Positions 37,173 through 47,060 of a stretch of DNA of 64,000 bases are shown here, one piece after another. A program made the position numbers and the translations under genes. Each line of letters starts with the position of its first letter. Position 1 is the first letter of the stretch. The stretch is from a virus, in the IMG/VR virus record IMGVR_UViG_3300033075_001734, positions 51,692-115,691 of that record; one strand, 5' to 3'. The notes below the pieces were generated by a model. The model saw only the letters and a list, made by a program, of their open reading frames with translations, was not told the origin of the DNA and searched no databases.

Positions 37173-38163
37173 ACAGCTGATTAGAAGACACGTGCGCAAA
37201 ATCATTCTTGAAGACGATGGTGGTGCGTATGGAGGTTGGGGCGACGCGGGCGCCGGGGGTGCATATGGAATGCATTATGCTAGTAAAGATCAACTTTATA
37301 ACATTTTCATAAAACCATTTGTTGACGTAGTACAAGTTGGCGCGGGAAAAGCAAAAGAACTTTCTATAAAGACACAAACTCTTGTTAAAACAGTGTTTGA
37401 TGTCGCCGCAACTACAATCTTGCCCGGTCTGTCACAAAATTATTCTGAAATTTATGAAAAAGAAAAAAACGCGCTTGATAAAATACGCTCGCAATATTCA
37501 AGTGTATATGGTGCAACATGGGATGCATTTAAAGAAGCCGATGTAATGATTGCAGCATTCATGTTTCGCCCAGATTTAATCTTGACAACGCAATTTGTAA
37601 GAAAAACTCCTAAAGTTGCAGCTAAATTATTAAGCGTGTTGTCAGGTGGCAAATTAGATGACGTGCTTGGAAAACTATTACATAGTGAAAAAAGTAAATC
37701 AACTTTTGAATCTGTATTACACGAAAAAGATGACAAAAAGAATAAAAATAATGATGACGCTGAAAAATTAATTGCCCTTGTTAAAAACGACAAAGTTAAA
37801 AAACTACTTGCAAATAGTGATGAAGTTCAAAAATTATCAAGGATTGGGAAAGAAATAGTTTTAGGCACGTTAAAAGATGTTATTAAAAGCGCAAATTTAG
37901 TTTTAAGTGCAACGAATGTTAAACAACTTGAAAAACCTTTGGGCAAAAAAATTCCTGAACTTAATCAATTGTCTAAAGTTCCTGATAGTGAAAAACAGGC
38001 AGCTGAGAAACAATTGTTAAAAACAATTAAACTATCAATGAAAGAGTTTTACATTAAACAATTAGAGGCACAGATTAAAAGCGTAGTGTCTGCGGGATTG
38101 TCGCAAGATCATCCATACGTAAAAAGTTATTTAATTGCAATCTCAAAAATTAAGTCTTTTTAA
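37150..38163 (+). CDS. Gly-rich protein with a capsid-targeting-like N-terminus
   Basis: N-terminus LNEQLIRRHVRKIILEDDGG, then GAYGGWGDAGAGGAYG. Confidence 0.4.
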   Translation: MNNKKLNEQLIRRHVRKIILEDDGGAYGGWGDAGAGGAYGMHYASKDQLYNIFIKPFVDVVQVGAGKAKELSIKTQTLVKTVFDVAATTILPGLSQNYSEIYEKEKNALDKIRSQYSSVYGATWDAFKEADVMIAAFMFRPDLILTTQFVRKTPKVAAKLLSVLSGGKLDDVLGKLLHSEKSKSTFESVLHEKDDKKNKNNDDAEKLIALVKNDKVKKLLANSDEVQKLSRIGKEIVLGTLKDVIKSANLVLSATNVKQLEKPLGKKIPELNQLSKVPDSEKQAAEKQLLKTIKLSMKEFYIKQLEAQIKSVVSAGLSQDHPYVKSYLIAISKIKSF

Positions 38164-38200
38164 GACAAAACATTCTTGCATAAGTTGTTATAATAAATTT

Positions 38201-38482
38201 ATGAAGAATTCACAGAAACAATATAACGTAGCTGATATGCAACCTGATGAGATTAATGCTTTGCGTTCTTTAGTTAAAGAATTTATGACGAAAGTTTCAA
38301 GTATTGATAACGAAGTTGAACTTCTTAAAACAGACCGCAAAGAACTTATTGAAGAATATTCATCAAAACTTGATATGAAAACATTAACTGCCGCATTACG
38401 TGTGTTAAAAATTCAGCAAGGCGTTCAACATAAAGATACGTATGATCTTTTTCTTACTGCCTTGGAAGGTGAAAATCTATGA
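38201..38482 (+). CDS. hypothetical protein
   Basis: Internal start MKNSQKQ within track ORF 38135-38482. Confidence 0.3.
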   Translation: MKNSQKQYNVADMQPDEINALRSLVKEFMTKVSSIDNEVELLKTDRKELIEEYSSKLDMKTLTAALRVLKIQQGVQHKDTYDLFLTALEGENL

Positions 38483-38868
38483 GTGTTGTTGTTTTGAAAA
38501 AAACAAAACTTACGCATGTGAAACTTTCAAAATTTGAACTTATTCATTTACGTGATTTATTTTCACTCCTTACGCCTCCCGAGATGAAAGAAACGATAAG
38601 TCAAAAATTAGCATTGTTACAAAACAGGCCATTAATTGAAGCAAAATTATGGCAAAAGATCGTTAGAGCATGTGAAGAATGTGAAATACCTCTTGGTGAT
38701 GAAGCACCTGACTTTGTTGTATCATTAGCATCAACACCCAGTATTGGCGTTTATGAATTATCCCATGATGAAAATCAAGAACAAAGTGAGACATCTATTT
38801 TTGACTCAGACGAATCATCAGATGAAGATGATGACAATGACGAAGATGAAGATGAAGAGGATGAATGA
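38479..38868 (+). CDS. hypothetical protein with an acidic tail
   Basis: C-terminus SDESSDEDDDNDEDEDEEDE. A GGTGA Shine-Dalgarno lies upstream. Confidence 0.35.
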   Translation: MSVVVLKKTKLTHVKLSKFELIHLRDLFSLLTPPEMKETISQKLALLQNRPLIEAKLWQKIVRACEECEIPLGDEAPDFVVSLASTPSIGVYELSHDENQEQSETSIFDSDESSDEDDDNDEDEDEEDE

Positions 38869-39287
38869 GCACATATAATATTGGACAAGTTGTATATGGC
38901 ATTTTTAAGAAAAATATGTCAGTTCAACCATTTCAAGTAGTTGAAGTAATCACTAAAAAAAACCTTCAAGGTGAATCAACGTCATATGTTCTTCGAACGT
39001 TTTATAATGACAAAGAATATACTGAAATTGATTCAAAAATAGATGCTGAATTTTTTGCATCTGCTGAGGTAGCACGAACAACATTAGTTTTACGAGCTGA
39101 AGCGTCTATTAAAAAAATAGTTGATTTAGCAACAGAAAATGCGGAAAAGTTCTTTCAACTAGAAGAACACCTGACAAAAGAATCAATTGAACATGTCATA
39201 GACAATCAACTAGAAGCAGATTCGTCAACTGTTGAAACAATAATTGAAGGAAAACGCGTTAAAGTTCGTCTTCCAAAGACTCAATAG
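38865..39287 (+). CDS. hypothetical protein
   Basis: ORF of 140 aa with an ATGA overlap. Confidence 0.35.
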   Translation: MSTYNIGQVVYGIFKKNMSVQPFQVVEVITKKNLQGESTSYVLRTFYNDKEYTEIDSKIDAEFFASAEVARTTLVLRAEASIKKIVDLATENAEKFFQLEEHLTKESIEHVIDNQLEADSSTVETIIEGKRVKVRLPKTQ

Positions 39288-39300
39288 AATACGTATAGAT

Positions 39301-39561
39301 ATGTCGCTATTAACATTAGAATCATTACGTAAATTAATCATCAAAGTAATTAAAGAAGCAAAAATAAAAGCTTCTCCAGAGTATATGGCAAAGGAAGTTG
39401 TTAGAAATGAACTTCAACAATTAATTTTGAGTCATATAAATTCAGGTGATGTTACAGATGAAAAGCAATTAAAAATGCTACTTTCAAATATTGATTTATC
39501 TTTAATTGCACTTAAAATGATCCCATTTGATGTTTGGAAAAAACTAAAGACAACAAAGTGA
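39301..39561 (+). CDS. small protein with a capsid-targeting-like N-terminus
   Basis: N-terminus MSLLTLESLRKLIIKVIKEA. Confidence 0.35.
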   Translation: MSLLTLESLRKLIIKVIKEAKIKASPEYMAKEVVRNELQQLILSHINSGDVTDEKQLKMLLSNIDLSLIALKMIPFDVWKKLKTTK

Positions 39562-40064
39562 TATTTGTTAACATGATAAGAGTGTTAATGTCTGTTGTTT
39601 TGACGTACTGTTTAACGTCATTTTTGGGATATGTTATTCATCGTCTTATTCACAAACCGTGGATGAGATCTTTATATCGTGCACATCAAACGCATCATGT
39701 TAAATTGTATCCCCCGGGTAAATTAATTTCTGATGATTATCTCAGCGCGGGCAAACAAAGTTCTGTATACACATTCATAATTGCATTTACACCATTCTTA
39801 ATTACACCAGTAATTTTAACGTGTTTAGACGTCATAACAATATGTGACATGATTTCATCGATGATTACAATGATAATTGTTGGATTAATTCATGACGTTG
39901 TACATGATTCGTTTCACGTTAAAAAACACTTTTTGTCTCGTGTTATACCTACATACGAAATTATGCGGCGATATCATTTCATACATCATGTTAATATGAA
40001 GAAAAATTTTGGTATATACAGTTTTGTTTGGGATAGAATTTTTCAAACATTTAAGTCAAATTAA
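39534..40064 (+). CDS. fatty acid hydroxylase / sterol desaturase superfamily membrane di-iron protein
   Basis: HRLIHKPWMRSLYRAHQTHH (HxxxH...HxxHH box), HDVVHDSFH and HFIHH histidine boxes, with TM helices. Confidence 0.6.
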   Translation: MEKTKDNKVIFVNMIRVLMSVVLTYCLTSFLGYVIHRLIHKPWMRSLYRAHQTHHVKLYPPGKLISDDYLSAGKQSSVYTFIIAFTPFLITPVILTCLDVITICDMISSMITMIIVGLIHDVVHDSFHVKKHFLSRVIPTYEIMRRYHFIHHVNMKKNFGIYSFVWDRIFQTFKSN

Positions 40065-40099
40065 GTGTAATATAATTTGTGAATGTATTATCATGATTC

Positions 40100-41116
40100 A
40101 TGAGTAAGTTTTGGCCAAGTATTGAGAATTTTCACACCCTTCGCAAAGGAACACAAAAATATCCACACCTTTTAGGATCTTCACCAAAAGTAACGTATAA
40201 AGCAAAGGTGAAATTGCACGGAACAAACGCAGGTATTGAACTTTTTGATTGTATCAATGGCCCAACTGTTCGTGCGCTATCACGAACGCAAATTATTTCA
40301 CCAGGAAATGATAATGCTGGGTTTGCTGCGTGGGTATGGGGAAATAAAGAAAAATTTGTTTCGCTTTGTCATCCTGGTCGAACCATTGTGATTAATGGCG
40401 AATGGGTTGGTCCTGGAATTATGAAAGGAACAGCTGTGAATAAACTTGATTCAAAGAAATTCATGGTGTTTGCTGTCACAATTTATCAAGACGATGATGT
40501 TATTGGATTTATTGTGGATCCTGAAGATCTTGGTAGTTTGCTTGAACCTGTTTCAGATATCGTTCATGTTATTCCTTGGTATGACTCTGGGAAAGAATAC
40601 GAAATCGATTTTGAAAAATCAGGTGAAGAATTACAATGTCTTGTTGAAGATATCAACAAAGAAGTACTTCAAGTTGAAGCATGTGATCCTTTCATGAAAT
40701 CACAATTTCAACTTGAGGGAATTGGTGAAGGTCTTGTGTTTTACCCTATCGATGAAGAGCATAGTGATTATGAATCATTTTCAAATCTTTGTTTTAAGGC
40801 CAAGGGTGAAAAACACCAAAGTGTTGCACACACAAAACCTGCTCAAATTGATCCGTCTATAGCAAATAGTTTAACAGAATTTGCTCATCTCGTCTTACCT
40901 GTTTCACGCCTCGAACAAGGTGTATATGCAGTTAACAATGGTGTTCTTGAATTTGATAACAAGAAAATCGGACTTTTTCTAAAATGGATCAATGAAGACT
41001 TGTTTAAAGAAACACAAGGTGAACTTGAAGTAAGCGGTCTTAATTCAAAAGATGCATATCGAAAATGTAGTGAAGTTGCTAGAACTTGGTATCTTTCACA
41101 AATGAAAAAACTATGA
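40100..41116 (+). CDS. RNA ligase 2 (Rnl2)-like nucleotidyltransferase
   Basis: YKAKVKLHGTNAGI matches T4 Rnl2 REKIHGTNFS, including the KxHGTN lysine-adenylate motif. Confidence 0.55.
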   Translation: MSKFWPSIENFHTLRKGTQKYPHLLGSSPKVTYKAKVKLHGTNAGIELFDCINGPTVRALSRTQIISPGNDNAGFAAWVWGNKEKFVSLCHPGRTIVINGEWVGPGIMKGTAVNKLDSKKFMVFAVTIYQDDDVIGFIVDPEDLGSLLEPVSDIVHVIPWYDSGKEYEIDFEKSGEELQCLVEDINKEVLQVEACDPFMKSQFQLEGIGEGLVFYPIDEEHSDYESFSNLCFKAKGEKHQSVAHTKPAQIDPSIANSLTEFAHLVLPVSRLEQGVYAVNNGVLEFDNKKIGLFLKWINEDLFKETQGELEVSGLNSKDAYRKCSEVARTWYLSQMKKL

Positions 41117-41451
41117 TTGAATCAGTAACAAATTGGGTGTGTAAGTCATGCGGTAATCCCGTGGAATGGTGGACAGATAAAACGACGTGTTGTAAATCTT
41201 TTGTAACAATAGCATATTCAGATATACCTTGCATTTGTAGCGATCAAATTGACCATCCACAAGGATTTCTTACGTATACAGACGGATATACGAGATTATG
41301 TGGGTGTGGATTTGGAAGCGGGGGAACCCATCCTAGATTGCCGAATCCAAATAAATTAATTGGTTTAACTGCATTGTTTTTTTCTACAGTGTTACATGAT
41401 TTATTTGGTAAATCATTTCTTGCACCCACTTTCTTAAAAAGACAATTATGA
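41086..41451 (+). CDS. Cys-rich hypothetical protein
   Basis: Multiple CxxC motifs. Confidence 0.3.
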   Translation: MVSFTNEKTMIESVTNWVCKSCGNPVEWWTDKTTCCKSFVTIAYSDIPCICSDQIDHPQGFLTYTDGYTRLCGCGFGSGGTHPRLPNPNKLIGLTALFFSTVLHDLFGKSFLAPTFLKRQL

Positions 41452-42302
41452 AAATACTTATTATTGATGGGATGAATTTTCTTCATCGTGCTCGTTCGGG
41501 ATTTATGGCAGGCGAGAACCCTGTTGTATTTAATTCATTTCGAAATCTTCGTGCGCTTGTCGGCATACATACACCCGATCGTGTATATTTTGTTTTGGAA
41601 GGACATCCCAAACAACGTATTGATATGTTGCCTACATACAAAGCCAATAGAATAATTGAGACTGTTGGTGACGGGGAAACTCCAAATCCTGAATTAGAGA
41701 AAAAACTCGTTGATCGTGAATCATTTTATCGGCAAGTTAACCTTGTTTTGGAACTATTGCAGAATAATTTTCCAATTCATGTTGTGAAACATCCTGATTA
41801 TGAGTGCGATGATACGATTTATAACTTAATCAAGACGCAATCAAGTGACACAGAATGTGTTGTGGCAAGTAATGACTCTGATTTTATCCAACTTCTTGAT
41901 GAATTTGATAACGTTAAAGTATACAATCCAATGTTGAAATCATACATGCAAAAACCTGATTTTGATTACGTTATTTGGAAATCCCTAAGAGGTGATGGAT
42001 CTGATAATATCAAAGGTCTTCCCGGGATTGGTGATAAAACTGCTGCAAAAATCATGGATGACCCTGATAAATTGATGACCTTATTTGAGAATTCAGAATT
42101 TAAAGAAAAGTTTAATCAGAATTATTCATTAATTAAGTTCATTGATTTTCTTGATGAAGATGATTTCAACAAAATGGAAAAATCATCTCCAATTAAAAAC
42201 TGGGACGCAGTTAATGAACATTTTCAAAAGTGGGATTTTCAATCGATTTTGAAAGAAAAATCTTGGGAAAAATTTATTCAAACTTTTGATTCATTAATCT
42301 AA
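41448..42302 (+). CDS. 5'-3' exonuclease / flap endonuclease (T4 RNase H-like)
   Basis: LIIDGMNFLHRA, HPDYECDDTIYNL, ASNDSDFIQLL, and the H3TH motif GLPGIGDKTAAKIM. Confidence 0.8.
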   Translation: MKILIIDGMNFLHRARSGFMAGENPVVFNSFRNLRALVGIHTPDRVYFVLEGHPKQRIDMLPTYKANRIIETVGDGETPNPELEKKLVDRESFYRQVNLVLELLQNNFPIHVVKHPDYECDDTIYNLIKTQSSDTECVVASNDSDFIQLLDEFDNVKVYNPMLKSYMQKPDFDYVIWKSLRGDGSDNIKGLPGIGDKTAAKIMDDPDKLMTLFENSEFKEKFNQNYSLIKFIDFLDEDDFNKMEKSSPIKNWDAVNEHFQKWDFQSILKEKSWEKFIQTFDSLI

Positions 42303-42423
42303 TATATAAATCATGCCTGGATTTTCACCACCAATGAAACTTAAAACAAATCCTGAACAGTAACTTAAAAAGTGTTTAAAAACTTATCAATTAAGTCATA
42401 TTTTTGATGATGTTGTAGGATGG

Positions 42424-42663
42424 TTGGATACTGGCGCCTTTGGGCCAGCATCACTTAAAAAGCTCTTTATTGATTCTTTTTATATCCCTGATGAACATTC
42501 AACGCACACATATTTCGGTGATATTGATTTGTCAGATCCTGTTTCTTGGGGTGAAGAAGATCCTAATTTGCCTATGCCAAGTGATCAATTTTTCTTAGAT
42601 CTTTCAAAAGCAATTAAAGCCGATGAAAAACGAAATGCAAAAAGATCATCATACGAATTTTAA
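42424..42663 (+). CDS. hypothetical protein
   Basis: ORF of 79 aa. Confidence 0.3.
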   Translation: MDTGAFGPASLKKLFIDSFYIPDEHSTHTYFGDIDLSDPVSWGEEDPNLPMPSDQFFLDLSKAIKADEKRNAKRSSYEF

Positions 42664-42691
42664 TTGAATACTTAACGTTTGAGGTATTGAT

Positions 42692-43162
42692 ATGTCAAAC
42701 GTAAAAAGAATTGTTGGTTTCATTTGGGCTTCGCCTTTAACTGCGCTGGCCTTTTGTTACGTTTTGTTATTTCAATTGATGTCGTATTATACTTACCAAG
42801 GCGTTCATGGTGATGCAATAGTTTGGCGTGTCAATATTGACAATTCACCGAACTGGTTAAATTCATTGTGGAAATCATGGGGAGGTCATGCGTTTGGAAA
42901 TATTGTTGTTTTACGTAATGACCTGTCAGATTCAAGAACACAAATTATTCTTAGACACGAACAAGAACATGTTAGACAGTGCATGATTCTTGGTGTATTT
43001 CAACCCATTCTTTATGGGTTGTCTTGGTTAACTATTAAGATCGCATGTAAAAACAGTGATCCTTATTATTCAAATGTATTTGAAATAGATGCACGAAGGG
43101 CTGCAGGACAAGTTGTCGATGTTGAAGGTGTTGCTAAAAAATTAGCAGCAACGCAAAAATAA
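42692..43162 (+). CDS. membrane protein with an HExxH motif
   Basis: N-terminal TM segment and HEQEHV. Confidence 0.3.
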   Translation: MSNVKRIVGFIWASPLTALAFCYVLLFQLMSYYTYQGVHGDAIVWRVNIDNSPNWLNSLWKSWGGHAFGNIVVLRNDLSDSRTQIILRHEQEHVRQCMILGVFQPILYGLSWLTIKIACKNSDPYYSNVFEIDARRAAGQVVDVEGVAKKLAATQK

Positions 43163-43178
43163 CAACCTATTTAATGTT

Positions 43179-44075
43179 ATGCATACGTCAGTTAAAGAAG
43201 CTTTTTACGGATTTACTGAAAAATTTGAAGGTGCAGTTCCTTGGATGTATCTTGATATCAAAGGCCTTGTCACAGTCGCGGTAGGAAATCTTATTGATCC
43301 TGTTTCTCTTGCTGTGAATTTACCTTTTATCAATATGAAAACGTTGTCACCTGCAACAAAAAGTGAAATTGTTGCAGAGTGGAATTTGATTAAATCAAAC
43401 GTTCAATTAGCTAAAAAGGGACATAAAGCTGCTGAAAAAATAGCAAAATTACGAATGACAATTGACGGGATGTCAAATCTTGTTAACTATCGATTATTAC
43501 AAAATGAATCTTATTTAAGAAAACGATTTCCAAAATTAGATGAATGGCCTGCAGATGCTCAGCTTGCATTATTTTCAATGGCGTGGGCAATGGGTCCTGC
43601 ATTTAAATTTGCAACGCTTGAAAAAGCATTAAATGCAGGGAAGTTTGATGTATATGACGTTAACGGTCGTCATCTTTGTTGGATGAATGACAAAAACAAT
43701 CCTGGTCTTCGACCACGCAATATTGCGAATGTTAAATTGTTTGAAAATGCTGCCAAGGTTGTTAAAAACAATCTTGACATTTCTGTTTTGTATTATCCTT
43801 CTCCTGTCAAAATCGCCGAAGAAACAAAATCAACGCCAGCCGTAGATACACAAGTACCCGAAGTTAAGCCTGTTATTCTTGAACAACAAGAGCCTGAAGA
43901 GCCATTTCCACTGCCCACAGTTGAAGCACCAATTATTCAAGCTCCAGAAATTAAGAAGCCAACCATAAAAACAACGAATAAACCTGATAAAAGTTTGGCA
44001 TTTTTGTTGTTTATGATTTTTGGTACTGTTGGTTGGTTATTTAAGACGATTTTCTTGTATTTTAAAGGTGAATAA
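43179..44075 (+). CDS. GH24 (T4 e-type) lysozyme with a Pro-rich linker and C-terminal TM
   Basis: FEGAVPWMYLDIKGLVTVAVGNLI resembles the T4 lysozyme E11/D20/T26 region. The C-terminus LAFLLFMIFGTVGWLF is hydrophobic. Confidence 0.65.
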   Translation: MHTSVKEAFYGFTEKFEGAVPWMYLDIKGLVTVAVGNLIDPVSLAVNLPFINMKTLSPATKSEIVAEWNLIKSNVQLAKKGHKAAEKIAKLRMTIDGMSNLVNYRLLQNESYLRKRFPKLDEWPADAQLALFSMAWAMGPAFKFATLEKALNAGKFDVYDVNGRHLCWMNDKNNPGLRPRNIANVKLFENAAKVVKNNLDISVLYYPSPVKIAEETKSTPAVDTQVPEVKPVILEQQEPEEPFPLPTVEAPIIQAPEIKKPTIKTTNKPDKSLAFLLFMIFGTVGWLFKTIFLYFKGE

Positions 44076-44830
44076 TGTTTACTCCTAAACTTGGTGGATG
44101 GCGAAAAGACGAAGAATCAATTAAAGATTTAAAATTTGATGACTTGAAATTTAAATTGAGCGCGAATGCAGATTATGTCGATTTGCGAAGAATGTGTTCG
44201 CCAATTGAAAAACAGTTGCAGTTATCATCATGCGTTGCAAATGCTGTAGTTGGTGGTCTTGAATTATTGTTACGCGAGCGCTCTGGCGACAACACAGATC
44301 TTTCGAGGCTTTTCATATATTACAATTCGAGGCTTATGAATGGCGAACAGGATAAAGATGAAGGAACATATAATCATCTTGCAATGGGGGTATTGTCATC
44401 ATTGGGTTCATGTCCAGAAGAGCTTTGCAAATATGAAGTTGAAAATGTTTTCACTAGACCTTCATGGAAAGCATATAGACATGCTCATGTAAATAGAGTT
44501 GATAAATATTATCGTATAAGTTCAACCGGCACAGCACGTATTCAAGATATTAAAATCGCATTAACAGCACATTTCCCAGTTGTTTTTGGTTGTATTGTTG
44601 ATGATGAGTTTGTAAAAACAAATTCTTCTGGTTTTGTTAATATGCCTATTGAACCACGAACGGGAACGGGTGGGCATGCAATGTTAATCGTTGGATTTAA
44701 TCAAACACATTTTATCGTGAGAAATTCTTGGGGTGAACTTTGGGGTGACAATGGTTATTGTTATATTCCCTTTGATTATCTTGATGCTACAAATGCAAAT
44801 GATTTTTGGGTTATGACAGGTGTTAAATGA
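44075..44830 (+). CDS. papain-like (C1) cysteine peptidase
   Basis: QLSSCVANAV (Cys) and GGHAMLIVGF...RNSWGELWGDNGY (His/Asn/Trp block). Confidence 0.75.
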   Translation: MFTPKLGGWRKDEESIKDLKFDDLKFKLSANADYVDLRRMCSPIEKQLQLSSCVANAVVGGLELLLRERSGDNTDLSRLFIYYNSRLMNGEQDKDEGTYNHLAMGVLSSLGSCPEELCKYEVENVFTRPSWKAYRHAHVNRVDKYYRISSTGTARIQDIKIALTAHFPVVFGCIVDDEFVKTNSSGFVNMPIEPRTGTGGHAMLIVGFNQTHFIVRNSWGELWGDNGYCYIPFDYLDATNANDFWVMTGVK

Positions 44831-45165
44831 AAAAAATTGTGACATTTTTGTGTGCAGTATTGTTAATTTTTTCGTGCGTTCCTCAAGCGAATGTTCCCAA
44901 CGTTAACATTCAAGATGTTAGTAATTGTGAAAAAGCATGTGTTACATTGACACAATTGAATTGCGATGAATCAAAACCAATTGAACTTGAAGTGAAGTGC
45001 ACAACACCAGCAGATTGTTTACCAATGCAATCATGTGTTTTAGGTCATTGTAATGTTACATGTTTATCATTTTGCGTGTACACGCAAAATGCAGGTGTTG
45101 ATTTAGGTCTGACTTGTGTTGCAAGCATTAGAACATGCGAACAAATCGAAAGCTGTCAACCATAA
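44827..45165 (+). CDS. secreted Cys-rich small protein
   Basis: Signal peptide and a repeated C...C pattern. Confidence 0.35.
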   Translation: MKKIVTFLCAVLLIFSCVPQANVPNVNIQDVSNCEKACVTLTQLNCDESKPIELEVKCTTPADCLPMQSCVLGHCNVTCLSFCVYTQNAGVDLGLTCVASIRTCEQIESCQP

Positions 45166-45674
45166 TGTCCTTAAGTCTTCTTAGGGAATATATTCTTGAG
45201 GTTTTAGGTGGAAATCTTACGCACGGCATACCTACTACGGGTCACACAGGTTCAAATATTTTGGATGATGAAGAACAAGATAACGAATTAAATGAACTTG
45301 ATTCGCAAAAATTGCAAGCTGCTATATGTTTAATCATGTCAGATGACGGCATGATTTTAGCCGTGTCAAGAAAAGATAACCCTACAGATTTTGGACTACC
45401 TGGCGGCAAAATAGATTTCGCCGAAACGGCTGAAGAAGCTGCAAAAAGAGAACTCTGGGAAGAAACTGGTTTGACTGCATCATCATTGATTAAAGTCTTT
45501 GTTCATACTGACGCAGATGGTTATGAAACAACAACTTTTCTTTGTGATGCTGAAGGTGAAATCAAAACAGATGAAAGTGGTGTAATTCGTTGGGTTAAAC
45601 CCAATGTTTTATTACAAGGTTGTTTTGCATCATACAACAAAAAACTGTTTAAACATTTGAATATTTTGTATTAA
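45165..45674 (+). CDS. Nudix hydrolase (second copy)
   Basis: Nudix box GLPGGKIDFAETAEEAAKRELWEETGL. Confidence 0.7.
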   Translation: MSLSLLREYILEVLGGNLTHGIPTTGHTGSNILDDEEQDNELNELDSQKLQAAICLIMSDDGMILAVSRKDNPTDFGLPGGKIDFAETAEEAAKRELWEETGLTASSLIKVFVHTDADGYETTTFLCDAEGEIKTDESGVIRWVKPNVLLQGCFASYNKKLFKHLNILY

Positions 45675-45684
45675 GGTACATTTA

Positions 45685-46155
45685 ATGAATATTTTTGTTC
45701 TTGACACAGATCCAAAATTGGCTGCACAAGCGTTATGCAACAAACACATACCTAAGATGATCGTTGAAAGTGCTCAAATGCTTAGCACTGCGTTTCCTAA
45801 AGCGATTGCACCTTATAAACATACGCACGTAAATCATCCTTGTTCAAAGTGGGTTCGTGATTCACAGTCTAATTACGATTGGCTTGTTGAACATGCACTT
45901 GAAATGTGTAATGAATATACGTTACGCTATAAAAAGATTCATAAAACACAAAAAGTTATTGAATTCTGCAAAAACAACCCGCCATCATTACCTAAAGTTG
46001 GTTTAACTCCTTTTGCAATTGCTATAAAGGATCCAGTCTATCATGACGTGGATCCCGTTATATCATATAAAGCGTATTACATTGGTGATAAATCACGTTT
46101 TGCAAAGTGGGCACCAAAATCACGGCCACCTTCTTGGTGGCCGTTTGAAGAGTGA
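45685..46155 (+). CDS. hypothetical protein
   Basis: ORF of 156 aa. Confidence 0.35.
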   Translation: MNIFVLDTDPKLAAQALCNKHIPKMIVESAQMLSTAFPKAIAPYKHTHVNHPCSKWVRDSQSNYDWLVEHALEMCNEYTLRYKKIHKTQKVIEFCKNNPPSLPKVGLTPFAIAIKDPVYHDVDPVISYKAYYIGDKSRFAKWAPKSRPPSWWPFEE

Positions 46156-46157
46156 AC

Positions 46158-46991
46158 TTATCTTGAAAGAAACGTTTTAATACTTTGGACGTGAACAAAG
46201 AAGCATTCATTTGGCGCTGGAATCATGAATGAAGCGATGCCAACTAATTCGCCTCGATCGTTAAATGCGCCGCCGCCCGAATTTCCCTTAAAAACCTCAC
46301 CAGCAACTTGCATATAAGGTCCTCTTTTCCCATCACTTTCAACCGGACGGAAGTTTTCTTCTCTGTACGCAGACACTAGACCTTGTGTATAAGTCCATGT
46401 CATTCCAACAACATGTCCGTAAATGCTCAATTTTTCTCCGATTAATGGCGCAGAAGCTGCGATTGGGGCGACATGATGATTTGGGACATCTTCTACTTTA
46501 TTTACTTTGAGCAACGCTAAATCATGTGCTTGATCGTGTTTTAAGACGGTTGCATCATGAACCGTCGTTGGTTCTCTGTAAGTCCCTCTGTCTTCTTCAC
46601 TGACGATAAAATTGATAGTGAAGCCGTCAGTCATTTTATTGACGATGTCGTTTATTTCAGATTCAGATTCTTTCCCTGTTGCTAGTTTTTCAACAACTTC
46701 TTCAACCATGTGATGAACACAGTGATTTGCTGTTAAAATTTTATCTTGCGTAACCCAAACACCTGCACAATATGCAGCAACATCATCATCTTCATCACGA
46801 TGAACTAAGGCGACCGTGTCTGACCTTAATTCATTTATATATGCAGTTCCTGAACCTGGTGCTCGAACACCCGATTGAGCGCCAGAATGAATGCAACATC
46901 CCGTTAATATACAAACAAGCACAAATAAAAATAATGGGAAAATATGTTTCATAACAACCTCGTTAAAATAGAGTATATGAACGCATAACAC
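46158..46991 (-). CDS. secreted trypsin-like serine protease
   Basis: Signal peptide, LTANHCV (His) and GNSGGGAF (Ser). Confidence 0.75.
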   Translation of the reverse strand: MLCVHILYFNEVVMKHIFPLFLFVLVCILTGCCIHSGAQSGVRAPGSGTAYINELRSDTVALVHRDEDDDVAAYCAGVWVTQDKILTANHCVHHMVEEVVEKLATGKESESEINDIVNKMTDGFTINFIVSEEDRGTYREPTTVHDATVLKHDQAHDLALLKVNKVEDVPNHHVAPIAASAPLIGEKLSIYGHVVGMTWTYTQGLVSAYREENFRPVESDGKRGPYMQVAGEVFKGNSGGGAFNDRGELVGIASFMIPAPNECFFVHVQSIKTFLSR

Positions 46992-47060
46992 TAGTTTCCA
47001 TATTGTAAAAAAAAAGTGAATTAAGTTTCATTAAAACAATAGATTGTTATCAGATGTAAC

